Part shown: positions 33,833-44,413 of the stretch, in pieces | Layout of the letters: each line of letters opens with the position of its first letter | How positions within the stretch are numbered: the first letter of the stretch is position 1 | Source of the DNA: a virus | Reading direction: 5' to 3' (one strand) | DNA length: 64,000 nt | Virus record (IMG/VR): IMGVR_UViG_3300006149_000007 | Translations under genes and position numbers: made by a program | The notes under the pieces: generated by a model | Told to the model about the DNA's origin: nothing | Databases searched by the model: none | The model's input: the letters and a program-made list of their open reading frames with translations, nothing else

Positions 33833-34117
33833 ATGAAATATAGAAAGAAACCCGTTGTAATTGAGGCGTTTCAGTATGACGGAGATTTGAAAGGTTCTGA
33901 TGGCAAGTATTATGTGCCGGATTGGGCGGTAAAGGCATATGAAGACGGAACAATGTATTATGGAGAACTTGACGGACAACCGGGCGAGTTATTTATTAAG
34001 ACGTTGGAGGGCGCTCATCATGCGAGTGTTGGAGATTATATCATTCAAGGCATAAACGGAGAGTTTTACCCTTGCAAGCCCGACATCTTTGAAAAGACCT
34101 ATGAGGCGGTGGTCTAA
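33833..34117 (+). CDS. conserved phage protein, copy B of a duplicated gene
   Basis: [12 protein letters not shown]...[19 protein letters not shown]. Confidence 0.5.
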   Translation: MKYRKKPVVIEAFQYDGDLKGSDGKYYVPDWAVKAYEDGTMYYGELDGQPGELFIKTLEGAHHASVGDYIIQGINGEFYPCKPDIFEKTYEAVV

Positions 34118-34519
34118 TTGCTTGAACTAAACATGCTTGAAAGCATTATATTTTCAAGGATAAAAGCCGAGTTTTCGCCAAAGATAAAGGCAAAATACAA
34201 AGACCTATCGTTTACCACACAAGAGGAAAGCAAGGTCAAGCCAAAATTTCCCAACGTGTATTTATACCTCATGCCGGGAACAGAAACAGGGCTGACGCTT
34301 GAGAGGACAGTATTTGAGGAAGGATTGTTTACATTCCAAATTCGCGTGACAAACAACAGCGGGCAAACCGCAGTACAGGAAACCATAAATGAAGTCATAA
34401 GACTTATGAAGAAAATGTCATTTGAAATCGTTGCGACGCCAGTATATGAAAATGACGCAGATACACAATGGTCTGTCATGCGTTTTCGGCGCACGATTGG
34501 AAGGAATGACGTATTGTAG
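34118..34519 (+). CDS. tail completion/terminator-like protein
   Basis: Lies before the major tail gene; TTG start. Call is positional only. Confidence 0.4.
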   Translation: MLELNMLESIIFSRIKAEFSPKIKAKYKDLSFTTQEESKVKPKFPNVYLYLMPGTETGLTLERTVFEEGLFTFQIRVTNNSGQTAVQETINEVIRLMKKMSFEIVATPVYENDADTQWSVMRFRRTIGRNDVL

Positions 34520-34574
34520 CAAACGCCTTAACGGGCGTTATTTTTATGCAAAATTTTAAGGAGGAAAACAGATT

Positions 34575-35078
34575 ATGGCAACAGGATTAAAAAGCAGGAT
34601 TATCTATCGGGAACAGCCTGCAAGCCCGACAGAGGGCGCATATTGGGCAGGTACATATAAATTACTGATGAGAGCAAAAAGTATTCCAAGCCCGTTCGGG
34701 AGCCAAAACACGGTGGATACTTCCACATTGGAAGATTTAGTTGAAACGCAGGAGCCGGGAAGACGGTCAGCGGCATCAATGGAAGTTCCGGGGGCGTTTG
34801 AAAAGGCATATAAAGACGAAATGGCGGAGAATGAGGGAAAGAAACTTGACTTCTGTATTTTGTACGGCACAGACGGAAAAGGAAGCGAGGGTATCTGTGC
34901 ATTTAAAGGACAGGAAAGTTTTGCGCCAGATGAAGCAACAGACGACCATCTGACAGGAACGGCAACTGTATCCGTATCAACAGTTCCTAGATGGATTGAA
35001 GACGACTACACAGTATCGGTAACAGAAGACCCTGACACAGGATATCCTACGTCAATTACACTGACAAAAAAAGCGTAA
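34575..35078 (+). CDS. major tail (tube) protein
   Basis: 167 aa with strong RBS, directly upstream of the chaperone pair. Confidence 0.6.
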   Translation: MATGLKSRIIYREQPASPTEGAYWAGTYKLLMRAKSIPSPFGSQNTVDTSTLEDLVETQEPGRRSAASMEVPGAFEKAYKDEMAENEGKKLDFCILYGTDGKGSEGICAFKGQESFAPDEATDDHLTGTATVSVSTVPRWIEDDYTVSVTEDPDTGYPTSITLTKKA

Positions 35079-35225
35079 GCTATTCGTCAAGAAAATCAAG
35101 AAGTAAGGCTGTGACGGATAGCGAGGATATAGAAACAGCCGAAGCAGATTATCAATTTTAAAAAATTCAAGGCGGTGTAAATACCGCCTTTTTTAAGAAA
35201 TATAAAAAAAGGAAGGTAAAATATT

Positions 35226-35660
35226 ATGGCAATGGAATTAAAAGTAAAGGATAAAGTATATAAAGTAAAATTCGGATTCAATAGTTTCTGCGATACGGAC
35301 CTTATGGACAGAACAAGCGATTTGATAAAAATTTTCAGTGATTCAGAAGTGACAGATGATAATGAGGTAAATGGAATCGGAAAAATAAAAGAATTGTTTA
35401 GCTGCACAAGAGATTTATTATTTGTCGGATTTCAAAAATTTAATCCCGTTGAAACTGTGCAGCAAATCGGAGATATCCTCGATGATTACCTCGATGAAGC
35501 GCAGGAAGAAGATAAGAGAGGAATTCTTGATTTGTTTACCAAACTAACAGAGGAGTTAATGAATGAGGGTTTTTTAGGGGGTCTGATGAAGCAGATAACA
35601 GAAACAACAGAGGTGAAAGTTACGAAGATTCCACAGGACCACAAGAATCCACAGAAGTAA
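35226..35660 (+). CDS. tail assembly chaperone (G-like)
   Basis: Acidic 144-aa ORF preceding the tape-measure gene. Contains a slippery site near its 3' end. Confidence 0.65.
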   Translation: MAMELKVKDKVYKVKFGFNSFCDTDLMDRTSDLIKIFSDSEVTDDNEVNGIGKIKELFSCTRDLLFVGFQKFNPVETVQQIGDILDDYLDEAQEEDKRGILDLFTKLTEELMNEGFLGGLMKQITETTEVKVTKIPQDHKNPQK

Positions 35661-36013
35661 AGCCGTATGCACAGGCGATATATGAGGATATTTTGCCCTT
35701 TCATCTTACAATCGGCGTGTCATGGGAACGATTTATGGATAGCTGCCCAAGAGAGCTTGAACCGTTTTTAGCAGCATACAAACTGCAAATAAATAGAGAG
35801 GATATAAAACAATGGCAATTAGGACAATATATGGCGGCAGCTATAACATGCAACTTCTCAAAACAAAAATATCCGAAAAAACCTATCTTTCAGATAAAAT
35901 GTAATATATCACATAATAGTTACAAAGAATCGCAGGAAGAAATTGCGGTGTTTGAAATGAAGCAAAGAATAAATCTTTTAAGAGCGCAAGGGCTTCCGGA
36001 AAGCCCATTATAA
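35226..36013 (+). CDS. tail assembly chaperone G-T fusion (via -1 frameshift)
   Basis: A -1 slip at 35570-35576 joins the G ORF to the frame of ORF 35693..36013 (ELEPFLAAYKLQINRED... is T-like). Confidence 0.55.
35570..35576 (+). promoter_or_regulatory. -1 programmed frameshift slippery heptamer T_TTT_TTA
   Basis: The zero frame reads GG[T TTT TTA]. The -1 frame is open from 35567 to 36013. Confidence 0.6.
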
Positions 36014-36178
36014 GGTGGTACGGGTTCAAATCCTGCCGTCTTTTTCATCAAAAAACACAAATATGGTAATTCCGGCAGGGATAGGAGTGTACAGCCGAAA
36101 GCGGTAAGCCTTAACCGCTTCCCTGCTGATTACAGATAAGGCGATTCTAACAAAATAAATTATAGGAGGTATGAATTT

Positions 36179-36841
36179 ATGTTAGTAGAAATTATAGGAA
36201 AGAGAAATGAAGAGAGGCTTATAACGACAAGCCTAAAGGTGGCAGAAGTTTTTGAAAGGGAGCACAAAGATGTTCTCGAAAGTATCAGAAATCTCACAGC
36301 GGAAAAGTCCGCAGCCAAATTCTTCAATGAAACAACATACAAAAGCAGAGGAAAAGAATATCCAATGTATGAAATAGATAGGGACGGATTTTCTTTGCTT
36401 GTCATGGGGTTTAATGGAGAAAAGGCGTTGAAGTGGAAATTGAAATACATAGACGCTTTCAACGCAATGGAAAACGAACTGAAACGCATTTATACCGAAC
36501 GTCAGCAATGGCAGATTGAACGTGACAAGGGCGTTGTTATCCGGCATATCCTTACAGACACAATTAAGATGAAAATTGCAGACAGCCCGCATAAACGTTT
36601 TGCATATCCAAACTATACAAATTTAATTTATCGGGCTTTGTTTGATAAGACGGCAAAGGAACTTGAACAAGAATATGGCGTTAAATCCAAAGAGAACCTT
36701 AGAGATTTCTTTACAGGAGAAGACTTATCAAGAGTTCAAAGCATGGAAATGCTTATTTCAAGTCTTATTAACTGCGGTTGGGGATATTCAGAAATAAAAG
36801 AATTTGTTCAGAACAATACAAGAAAAATGATTGAATCTTAG
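36179..36841 (+). CDS. Rha-family phage regulatory protein / antirepressor
   Basis: ITTSLKVAEVFEREHKDVLESIRNL...YEIDRDGFSLLVMGFNGEKALKWKLKYIDAFNAME. Its C-terminal domain is shared with 44414 and 56442. Confidence 0.7.
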   Translation: MLVEIIGKRNEERLITTSLKVAEVFEREHKDVLESIRNLTAEKSAAKFFNETTYKSRGKEYPMYEIDRDGFSLLVMGFNGEKALKWKLKYIDAFNAMENELKRIYTERQQWQIERDKGVVIRHILTDTIKMKIADSPHKRFAYPNYTNLIYRALFDKTAKELEQEYGVKSKENLRDFFTGEDLSRVQSMEMLISSLINCGWGYSEIKEFVQNNTRKMIES

Positions 36842-36888
36842 AAGATAGCATCAGCTATCTTTTTTTGATTTTGAAAAGGAGGTGAAAC

Positions 36889-38888
36889 ATGGCGACAATA
36901 GAAACTTTGGATATACAAATAAACGCTTCTACTGATAAAGCCTCTAAGGCAATCGACAAACTTGCAACCGGAGTAGGACATCTTGCAGACGCAATGAATA
37001 AGTTTCAATCGGTCAAAGCAGAAAATTTTACTACCGTTAAAAATGGAATCGAAAAACTTGGACAAACAAATACCGAAAATTTATCAAAACTTGGAAGAGC
37101 TTTAAAATCTCTTGGTAAGGGCATGAGTTCGTTTAATGCTGTGTCATTCGGTGAAGACAAGTCAATCAGCATAAATAATATGGCGAGTTCTTTAGATAAG
37201 ATAGCCTCCATTCCTGACATTCCGATTGCTAAAATAAAAGTTTTGCCTCAAGCAGCAAAAAACATATCAAAATTTTGCCAAGAGATAAGCAAGATTAATC
37301 AAGTTACGTTTGATTCAACGAAAATTTCTGGAATTATTAGTCCTTTATCTGGATTAGATACAGAGAAGTTAGTTCCAATAACAGCGAAACTTCCTAGCAT
37401 TGCGAACAATTTATCTAAATTTTATTCAAAGATAAGTCAAACCAACATAGTTGATTTTGATATATCAAATCTTACAAGTTTAATAACAAAACTCGGAAAA
37501 AAATCAGGGGACATATCTTCAATAGAGAAATCCGCTTCAAAATTACCTACTATCGGTTATCACTTATCTAATTTCTATTCCCAGATAAAGAAGTCAGGAA
37601 CGATTAATTTTGATATAGCAGGATTATCAAAATTGATAACAGGTCTTGAAAAAGTTTCAGGGGAAACAAGTTCTGTAGAAACGATTGCGGCGAAACTTCC
37701 TATTATCGGAAGTAATTTATCTAAATTTATTAGAGAAGTAAATAAAGCTGGAAAAGTTACTTTTGATATAACAAGTCTTGCGAATTTGATTTCAGGTATC
37801 GGAAAATTAGAAAGCAAAACAGCAACGACATCAACAACAAATTTGCCTAGAGTAAGTAAGGATTTACAAAAATTTATCAAAGGATTGAATGGATTAGAGA
37901 AAGTTACCTTTGATGTAGCAGGACTTTCAAATTTGGTAAATTCTATATCGAAATTAGGGGGCGGTTCTGTTTTATCTGCTGTTGAAAATATTCCGCGCAT
38001 TACAGCAGCATTAAAGGATATGATGACAGAATTATCATCAGCTCCAAGGGTATCAAGGAATATTATTGATATGACAAACGCCCTTGCCAGATTAATAAGT
38101 CAAAGCAGGTCAGCGTCGTCAGCAAGCGAAAAATTCAGTTCTTCAATGAACCGTACAAGTTCTTCGGTTTCAAAGTCACATCAACAGCTTAAAAACCTGA
38201 CTTTAAATCTGAAATCTGTAACTCAGCAATTATTGGCGGCTTCAGGAATATATTTAAGTATTTATGGAGCAGTAAGAGGTTTCAAAAGTGCCGTTCAAAG
38301 CTCTATGGATTACGTAGAGGACCTGAACTATTTCAATGCTGCATTTGGGCAAGTGGCAGAAAGCGCAGATTTATCAAACTGGAAAGAAGCTGGGTATAAT
38401 TCGGCAACTGCATACTACAATTCTTTCGCAGAAAGAGCCGAACAGATAACGCAGAAGATGACAGGATATCAGGTATCGCAAAGCGGAATGCTTCTATCTA
38501 CTGGCGAAAAGAATCTTGGTATAAATCCAAGCCAATTAATGAATTATCAGGCTGTATTCGGGCAGATGTCATCATCTATGGGGACCACATCAGAAAATGC
38601 TTTGCTTCTGTCTGATGTTTTAACCAAAATAGGTGCTGACCTTGCTTCTGTGAAAAATATGGACTTTGATAAGGTCTGGAATGATATGTCAAGTGGCCTT
38701 GCTGGTATGTCGAGAACGCTTGACAAGTATGGCGTAAATATCCGAAACGTCAACTTACAGCAGAAATTAAATGAATTAGGGATTCAGGCAAACATAACGA
38801 AGCTGAACCAGAACGAAAAAGCGCTTTTGAGAACTATTATTTTGCTTGATACTACACGTTACGCGTGGTCTGATATGTCGGAAACGAT
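36889..38888 (+). CDS. tail tape measure protein, exon 1
   Basis: ORF-track 36889..38922. Has TMP-like repeats and the ...LNQNEKALLRTIILLDTTRYAWSDMSETI motif. Proposed 5' splice site is after U38888. Confidence 0.7.
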
Positions 38889-39151
38889 AGACAATAGCAA
38901 TAAGCTATTACTTGTCGCCTAATATGGCAACATATTAGTGAAAATCGAGGTATTAAGCGGGAACCCTAAACCGAAAGGCATGGGAATCCGAACCGAAGGC
39001 TGTGCAAAGCGCAGTCAGGGGCAACGCATAGGCAGCGAAAAGATATAATCTGCCCACGAGACCTCGACAACCTTATAGGTTGAAAAGATATGCTGACCTT
39101 ATGGGAAACCATAAGAAATAAAGGATAAAAAGCCTTTATGATAACAATGTG
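38889..39151 (+). mobile_element. group I-like self-splicing intron (ORF-less, ~263 nt)
   Basis: P1-like helix with a U38888-G38914 wobble. GNRA-capped hairpins at 38919-38938 and 39098-39115. Long-range pairing TCGAGGT/ACCTCGA. Terminal G39151. Removing it restores the TMP reading frame and motif. Confidence 0.6.
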
Positions 39152-42100
39152 AAATCAACCGGCAAATCAGCTTCGTCTTTTACAAGCAAATTTTAGCAAC
39201 TTAGGGCGGACCATAGGAAATATATTCCTGCCAATCGTAGCAAAAGTATTGCCATATCTCAATGCAGTAGCAATAGCTTTGCAAAGACTTGCAGAAAAAA
39301 TTGTGTTGCTGCTAGGCTTCGAGGATTTTGACTGGGGCGGCTTAGGCAAAAGCGGAGGTACTACCTCTGACGCATTGAGCACTATCTATGACGAAACGGA
39401 AAATGTTTCTGACGCAATGGGCGACGCAACGAAGAAGACGAAAGAGTTTCAAAATCAGCTCCTAGGCTTTGATGAAGCTTACAAATTATCCGAGCCGGCA
39501 GAAGATACATCATCTTCTGCAACGGGAGCAGGATTAAGCGGACCAGATACCGCAGCTTTGGATGCAGCGTTTAAAAAGATTGCAAACGAATATCAGGCGG
39601 CATGGACAGCGGCTTTTGAAAAAATGGAACAGGAATCAACAGCGATTGCGGATAGGATAATCAGTGCCTTTGAACGTGGCGATTATAAAGGTATCGGAAC
39701 ATACATAAGCACAAACATCTCTGACGCATTAGCTTCTATCAACTGGGATTCTGTTTATCAAGGTGCAAGGAATTTCGGGACTGGTCTCGCCGAATTTATG
39801 AATGGGTTAATCACACCGGATTTGTTCGGAAATGTCGGAAAAACGATTGCAGGGACTTTGAATACAAAACTTTATGCGGTGTTATCTTTTGGGCAGACAT
39901 TTGATTTTACGAATCTAGGAGAATCCATAGCAGCAGGAGTGAACAACTTCTTTGCGACGTTTGATTTTGGAAGTCTGGCGGAAACATTAAATGTTTGGGC
40001 GAAAGGTATATTAAACACTGCTATTACAGCGCTTGATAATATTGACTGGGGAATGATAGGGAAGCAAATAGGAACTTTCCTAGCAGATATTGACCTGTTT
40101 GAAATTGGATTTAAAGTAGTGCAAGCTTTATGGAAAGGTATTAATGCTGAATTTGATTTGCTTGTTGGAGCGTTTGAAAAAGCGCCGTTAGAAACTATAA
40201 TAGTATCTTTTGCGACAATGCCAAAGTTATTAAAGGCGATTATGACAAGCAAATTTATAACAGGATTCAAGAAACTCGCAAATGGAATTAAATTAGTTTC
40301 TGGTGCATTAATAGGCAATCAAACTGCTATTACTGCTCTTTCAAGTCAATATCCAAAATTATCAAAAGCAATTAATATTGCTAAAGATTCTTTTAGAGCA
40401 TTAAGAACAGGAATTTCAAACGGAAATGTTTTCAATGGTGTAAAACTTGCGATAGAAAATCTTAGAAATAATTTAACCGGATTACAGAAAGGTGCAATTA
40501 CGGCAGTTGCGGGATTTGCAGAATTTAAAGTTATATCAAATACCTTTGAGGGATTAATTTCAGGAAATGAAAATTTATTAGAGGGCATAATGAAAATAGG
40601 CGGAGTCGCAGCAGCAGCGGCAGCAGCAATGTATACAGCTCTTGGACCAGCCGGGCTTGCGATAGCGGCAGTTATAGGTGCTGTTGGTGCAGTAAAAGGA
40701 ATAAGTGACGCATTTGAAGAAATAAGAATTAAGGAATTTGGAGAAATAATCAAAAATGCCATGACAAATCCGGGAGGCGTCCCGTTAAGCGAAATTACTT
40801 CTCAATTTGCAAACGCTTTTTCTGAAGCTGCTAGTGGATTCGATATAATAAAAGAAAAATCTTCTGAAATGGACAGTGTTCAAAAAAATGTTGAAAGTAC
40901 ATGGACGGAAATTTATAAAATACAGGAGGCAATGGATAATGGAGTTCTTTCTGTTGAAGAAGGAAAACAAAAGCTATCCGATTTGTTCTCAGAACTTGCA
41001 ACATTAACAGAAACAAAATTTTCCACAATGAACACAGTTATCATGTCTGTTTATGGGGAAGGAGGCTCTTTTCACAATGCTTTAGATAGTATAGGTGCTG
41101 ATACTGAAACTGCTATTGATACAATGATATCCTATGGATATCAGAATAGTGAAAGAGCAAAAGAAATAGCAAAAGAACTTTCGGGAATGAATATAGATTC
41201 TGATGAATACAAAAGTTTAGTTTCTGAACTTGCAACATTAACAGGGGAGATGTCGAAGTTTGAGCAAGCAACAAGTGATTTTGCTTATGATATGAACTCT
41301 TTACAAGGAAAAATTTCTTATGAAGAAATTTTTCCAAATGGAGAATTTGATGCAGATGCTTTAAAACAATATCTTGGAGAGGCTTCAATAGCGCTTTATG
41401 ATTATGAAGATACTATTGAAGAAGCTGGAAAGGAATTAAAGCAATATTGGGAAGAAATCTATAATAGTTCGACAGCTACCGAAGAACAAAAAGCAATAGC
41501 GAGAGCTAATATAGAATATATACCGCAAGCAATAGAGAGTATGAAATCCGAGGCAGAAGAGCAAATATTAAGTTTTACTGATATGTTGCAATATGATTTT
41601 CTTACAAAACTTCCAACGATTGTTGACAATGCAGCAAATGAGTGGGAGTCTAAAAAACCTACAGAGAAATTTTGGGCTAGTATTTGGCAAGGTAAAGATG
41701 CTCAAAGCACATATATAAGAGAATCTACTCATGAATTTTATGAAGGCATGAATACTTTATCAGATTCAATAGAGGAAAAATTTGGAGAGTTAGGAATTAA
41801 AGGAGCTGGTTGGTCAAAAGAAGCCGGAGAAGAAATTCTTAATGGCATTTTTGAATTTGGATATAGTGAAGAAAATGTAGCAAGGTTAGAGTCGAATTAC
41901 GAAGAAATAATAAGTGATGGACTAGAAAAAGCAAAAACAAATGTAAGAACAACAGCTTCCGAAGTCGGAACTTCTATCACTGATGGAACATCAGATGGGA
42001 TATTGATTTCTTCGTGGAAAGTAAGCGAAGCTACTGGAAAAATGATAAACAAAGCTATTGAGGCAGCAAGAGAAAAGGCTCAAATTCATAGTCCATCTAA

Positions 42101-42896
42101 AGTTTTTCAAGAAATGGGTGGATATATAGTTGAAGGATTTAGTTCTGGAATATCAAATAATATAAATTTTTCTCAATCAAAAGTGCAACAATGGATAGAT
42201 AACACAAGACAGATAATGTCAAATTCTAATCTATTAAGTTTATCACAGCAAAATGGATTAAATGTTGTTTCAGGTTTTAATCAAGGAATAAATGGAGGCG
42301 CTTCAAGTACATATGATACAATAAATTATTATACAGAAAGGATAAAATCCGGTTTTTCAAATATATCAAATTCATTTTATGATATCGGAGAATCAGCAAT
42401 GCAAGGATTTTCCAATGGACTTTCAGATAAGCAGCAAGAAATATACAATAAAGCACAGACAATTTCTAAAAACCTTGCAAAAACAATCAAATCTGCGCTA
42501 AGTATCCATAGCCCGTCAAAGGTCATGTTCGAGTTAGGCGATTATACCATGCAAGGATTTAAAAATGGATTGGAGCATTTGTACCAACCAATATTATCAT
42601 CAGTTCAAGGATTTAGTTCGGATTTGCAAATTGCTCCTGCACCTGATTTAAAAAGTATTTACAGAGATTATCAATATGCAGATATGAATTATTCTATGTC
42701 CTATGAAGGAATAGAAGATTATCAAAGCAATTACCAAAATAGCAACGCAGAAACAAACGCTTTGCTTAGAGAATTGTTGTCGGCGGTTAGAGAAGGAAAA
42801 ATCATACAAGTAGATGGTAAGCAACTCGGAAAAACCGTTCAGGAGCAAGATAAAGCGCATTTTGCAATGACAGGAAAAGGAATGTTTATATATTAG
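39152..42896 (+). CDS. tail tape measure protein, exon 2
   Basis: The frame of ORF 39249..42896 is open back to 39153. It encodes NQPANQLRLLQANFSNLGRTIGNIFLPIVAKVLPYLNA, which is conserved TMP core. Confidence 0.7.
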
Positions 42897-42971
42897 TTTT
42901 AAAATATTTAACAATATTTGACAATATTCTACTTTTGTGATAGACTTTAATATTATTATTACAAAAGGAGA

Positions 42972-43940
42972 ATGAGAATGAAAAAACTTATAGCTTTAAT
43001 AATGTGTAGTATTTTAATGTTAACAGGTTGTAAAAATGATAAAGCCAGCAATAAAAACGTATCGTCAAAGGAAACCAGCCAAAATAATATTGAAAAAGTT
43101 TTTGATGTAGACAAAAAAGGTTTAGAATCAAAAGGATATGAGAATCTTGCTGATATTGCATATGGAAGAATTACTGAAATAGAAGGAAAAATAACTGTAT
43201 TTTTGGCTTATTATCAAAACGAACCAGAAATATCATTTTATTTATTAGCAAAGATAATGCAATTATTAGATAATAATGTGAATTTTCTTATAACATGGGA
43301 CTCGAAAGATTATGATATTAATGAAGAAAAAATGAATAAAGTAGGAAAAGATAGTTTTGAATCTATATTTCCGAATGATTGGCATGATATAATTAAAAAA
43401 TCATTATCTGATGGAAGCAGTATAGAAGATTTTGTTTCTAAAAGTTCAGCAGATATGATTGATAAAGTCGCAGAGAAGTTTGTTTCTAAATATTTAGAAG
43501 ACAATCAGGCAGAGATTATTTCGCAGCAAGAGTATAATACAAATAGTGGTAAATTTTCTATGAAAATAGAAAAACACGAAGAAAAATTAAGTCTTGATAT
43601 TCAAGGAATTGAAAGTACAGAAGAAAAAGCATATTTGATGTTTTCTGCATTTTTGATTGAATTTAATAATATTGGAGATGAATTTAGTGATTGTTCCTGC
43701 ACAATAAGATATAATGATATTTATGTTCTTTACCAGCGCGTTAATGAAAATGTATCAATTATAAGTGGGCTTAACAAAGATGGCTCTTTTACTATGGATA
43801 TGCCAGACTGGGTCGATAAAAATATTAGTGATTTGAATATGGCGGAAGATGAAGTAAATAAATATCTTTTAGATTTAGAAACATATATAAAAAATTTTGG
43901 AAAATTATCAGGTTATAAAATGGGATATTTATTACAATAA
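42972..43940 (+). CDS. lipoprotein
   Basis: Signal peptide with lipobox MLTGC; AT-rich gene. Confidence 0.6.
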   Translation: MRMKKLIALIMCSILMLTGCKNDKASNKNVSSKETSQNNIEKVFDVDKKGLESKGYENLADIAYGRITEIEGKITVFLAYYQNEPEISFYLLAKIMQLLDNNVNFLITWDSKDYDINEEKMNKVGKDSFESIFPNDWHDIIKKSLSDGSSIEDFVSKSSADMIDKVAEKFVSKYLEDNQAEIISQQEYNTNSGKFSMKIEKHEEKLSLDIQGIESTEEKAYLMFSAFLIEFNNIGDEFSDCSCTIRYNDIYVLYQRVNENVSIISGLNKDGSFTMDMPDWVDKNISDLNMAEDEVNKYLLDLETYIKNFGKLSGYKMGYLLQ

Positions 43941-43965
43941 TAAAAAACTTAAACGGAGGATAACA

Positions 43966-44166
43966 ATGAAAAAATACATAATACGATTCTTAGTATTCTT
44001 GGTTGCATTTGCAATAATATTCTTGTCTCTGATAAATGCTAATAATCATCTTGAGAGTGGAGAATCTATAGCTTTTACTTGGATTGCAAGATTATACACT
44101 TATGCGCCATTAATCATTATATTACTTCTGGTGATTATTATTATATTGCTGATAAAGAAAAAGTAA
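43966..44166 (+). CDS. small two-TM membrane protein
   Basis: TM segments FLVFLVAFAIIFLSLI and LIIILLLVIIIILLI; ATG 43966 follows GGAGGA. Confidence 0.5.
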   Translation: MKKYIIRFLVFLVAFAIIFLSLINANNHLESGESIAFTWIARLYTYAPLIIILLLVIIIILLIKKK

Positions 44167-44212
44167 GAAACTTTTAATACGGGCAACCTTAAATTCATAT
44201 AGCGATTTATCA

Positions 44213-44236
44213 AGAGGGTAGAAATGCCCTCTTTTT
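44213..44236 (+). terminator. rho-independent terminator
   Basis: AGAGGG/CCCTCT stem followed by TTTTT. Confidence 0.6.
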
Positions 44237-44270
44237 GTATGCAAAAAATTTATAAAAAATTTACAATTCA

Positions 44271-44310
44271 CATAACTTATCATAAGTTATCATAACTTGT
44301 TATAATTTAT
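44271..44310 (+). promoter_or_regulatory. 10-bp-periodic operator-like repeats overlapping a promoter
   Basis: Four 10-mers: CATAACTTAT, CATAAGTTAT, CATAACTTGT, TATAATTTAT. They contain ATAACTTAT-C-ATAAGTTAT, a perfect palindrome, and TGtTATAAT, a -10 box at 44301-44306. Confidence 0.5.
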
Positions 44311-44413
44311 CACGAGCTATTTTGAAGCGCTTTGGCAGGATTTACAAGGTTATTCTTGTGTGATATGATGACGCAAAATCTACACAATAAAAATCATAAA
44401 GGAGGAAAATGAT

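Noticed and set aside
36020-36045. GGGTTCAAATCCTGCC motif resembling a tRNA T-loop/3' end, which could be an att-site remnant.
   Set aside because: The T-stem pairs poorly (4 bp). The would-be acceptor strand (CGTCTTT) would need an atypical tRNA 5' end. No upstream tRNA body exists, because that region is the chaperone coding sequence. It is more simply a weak terminator or leader element.
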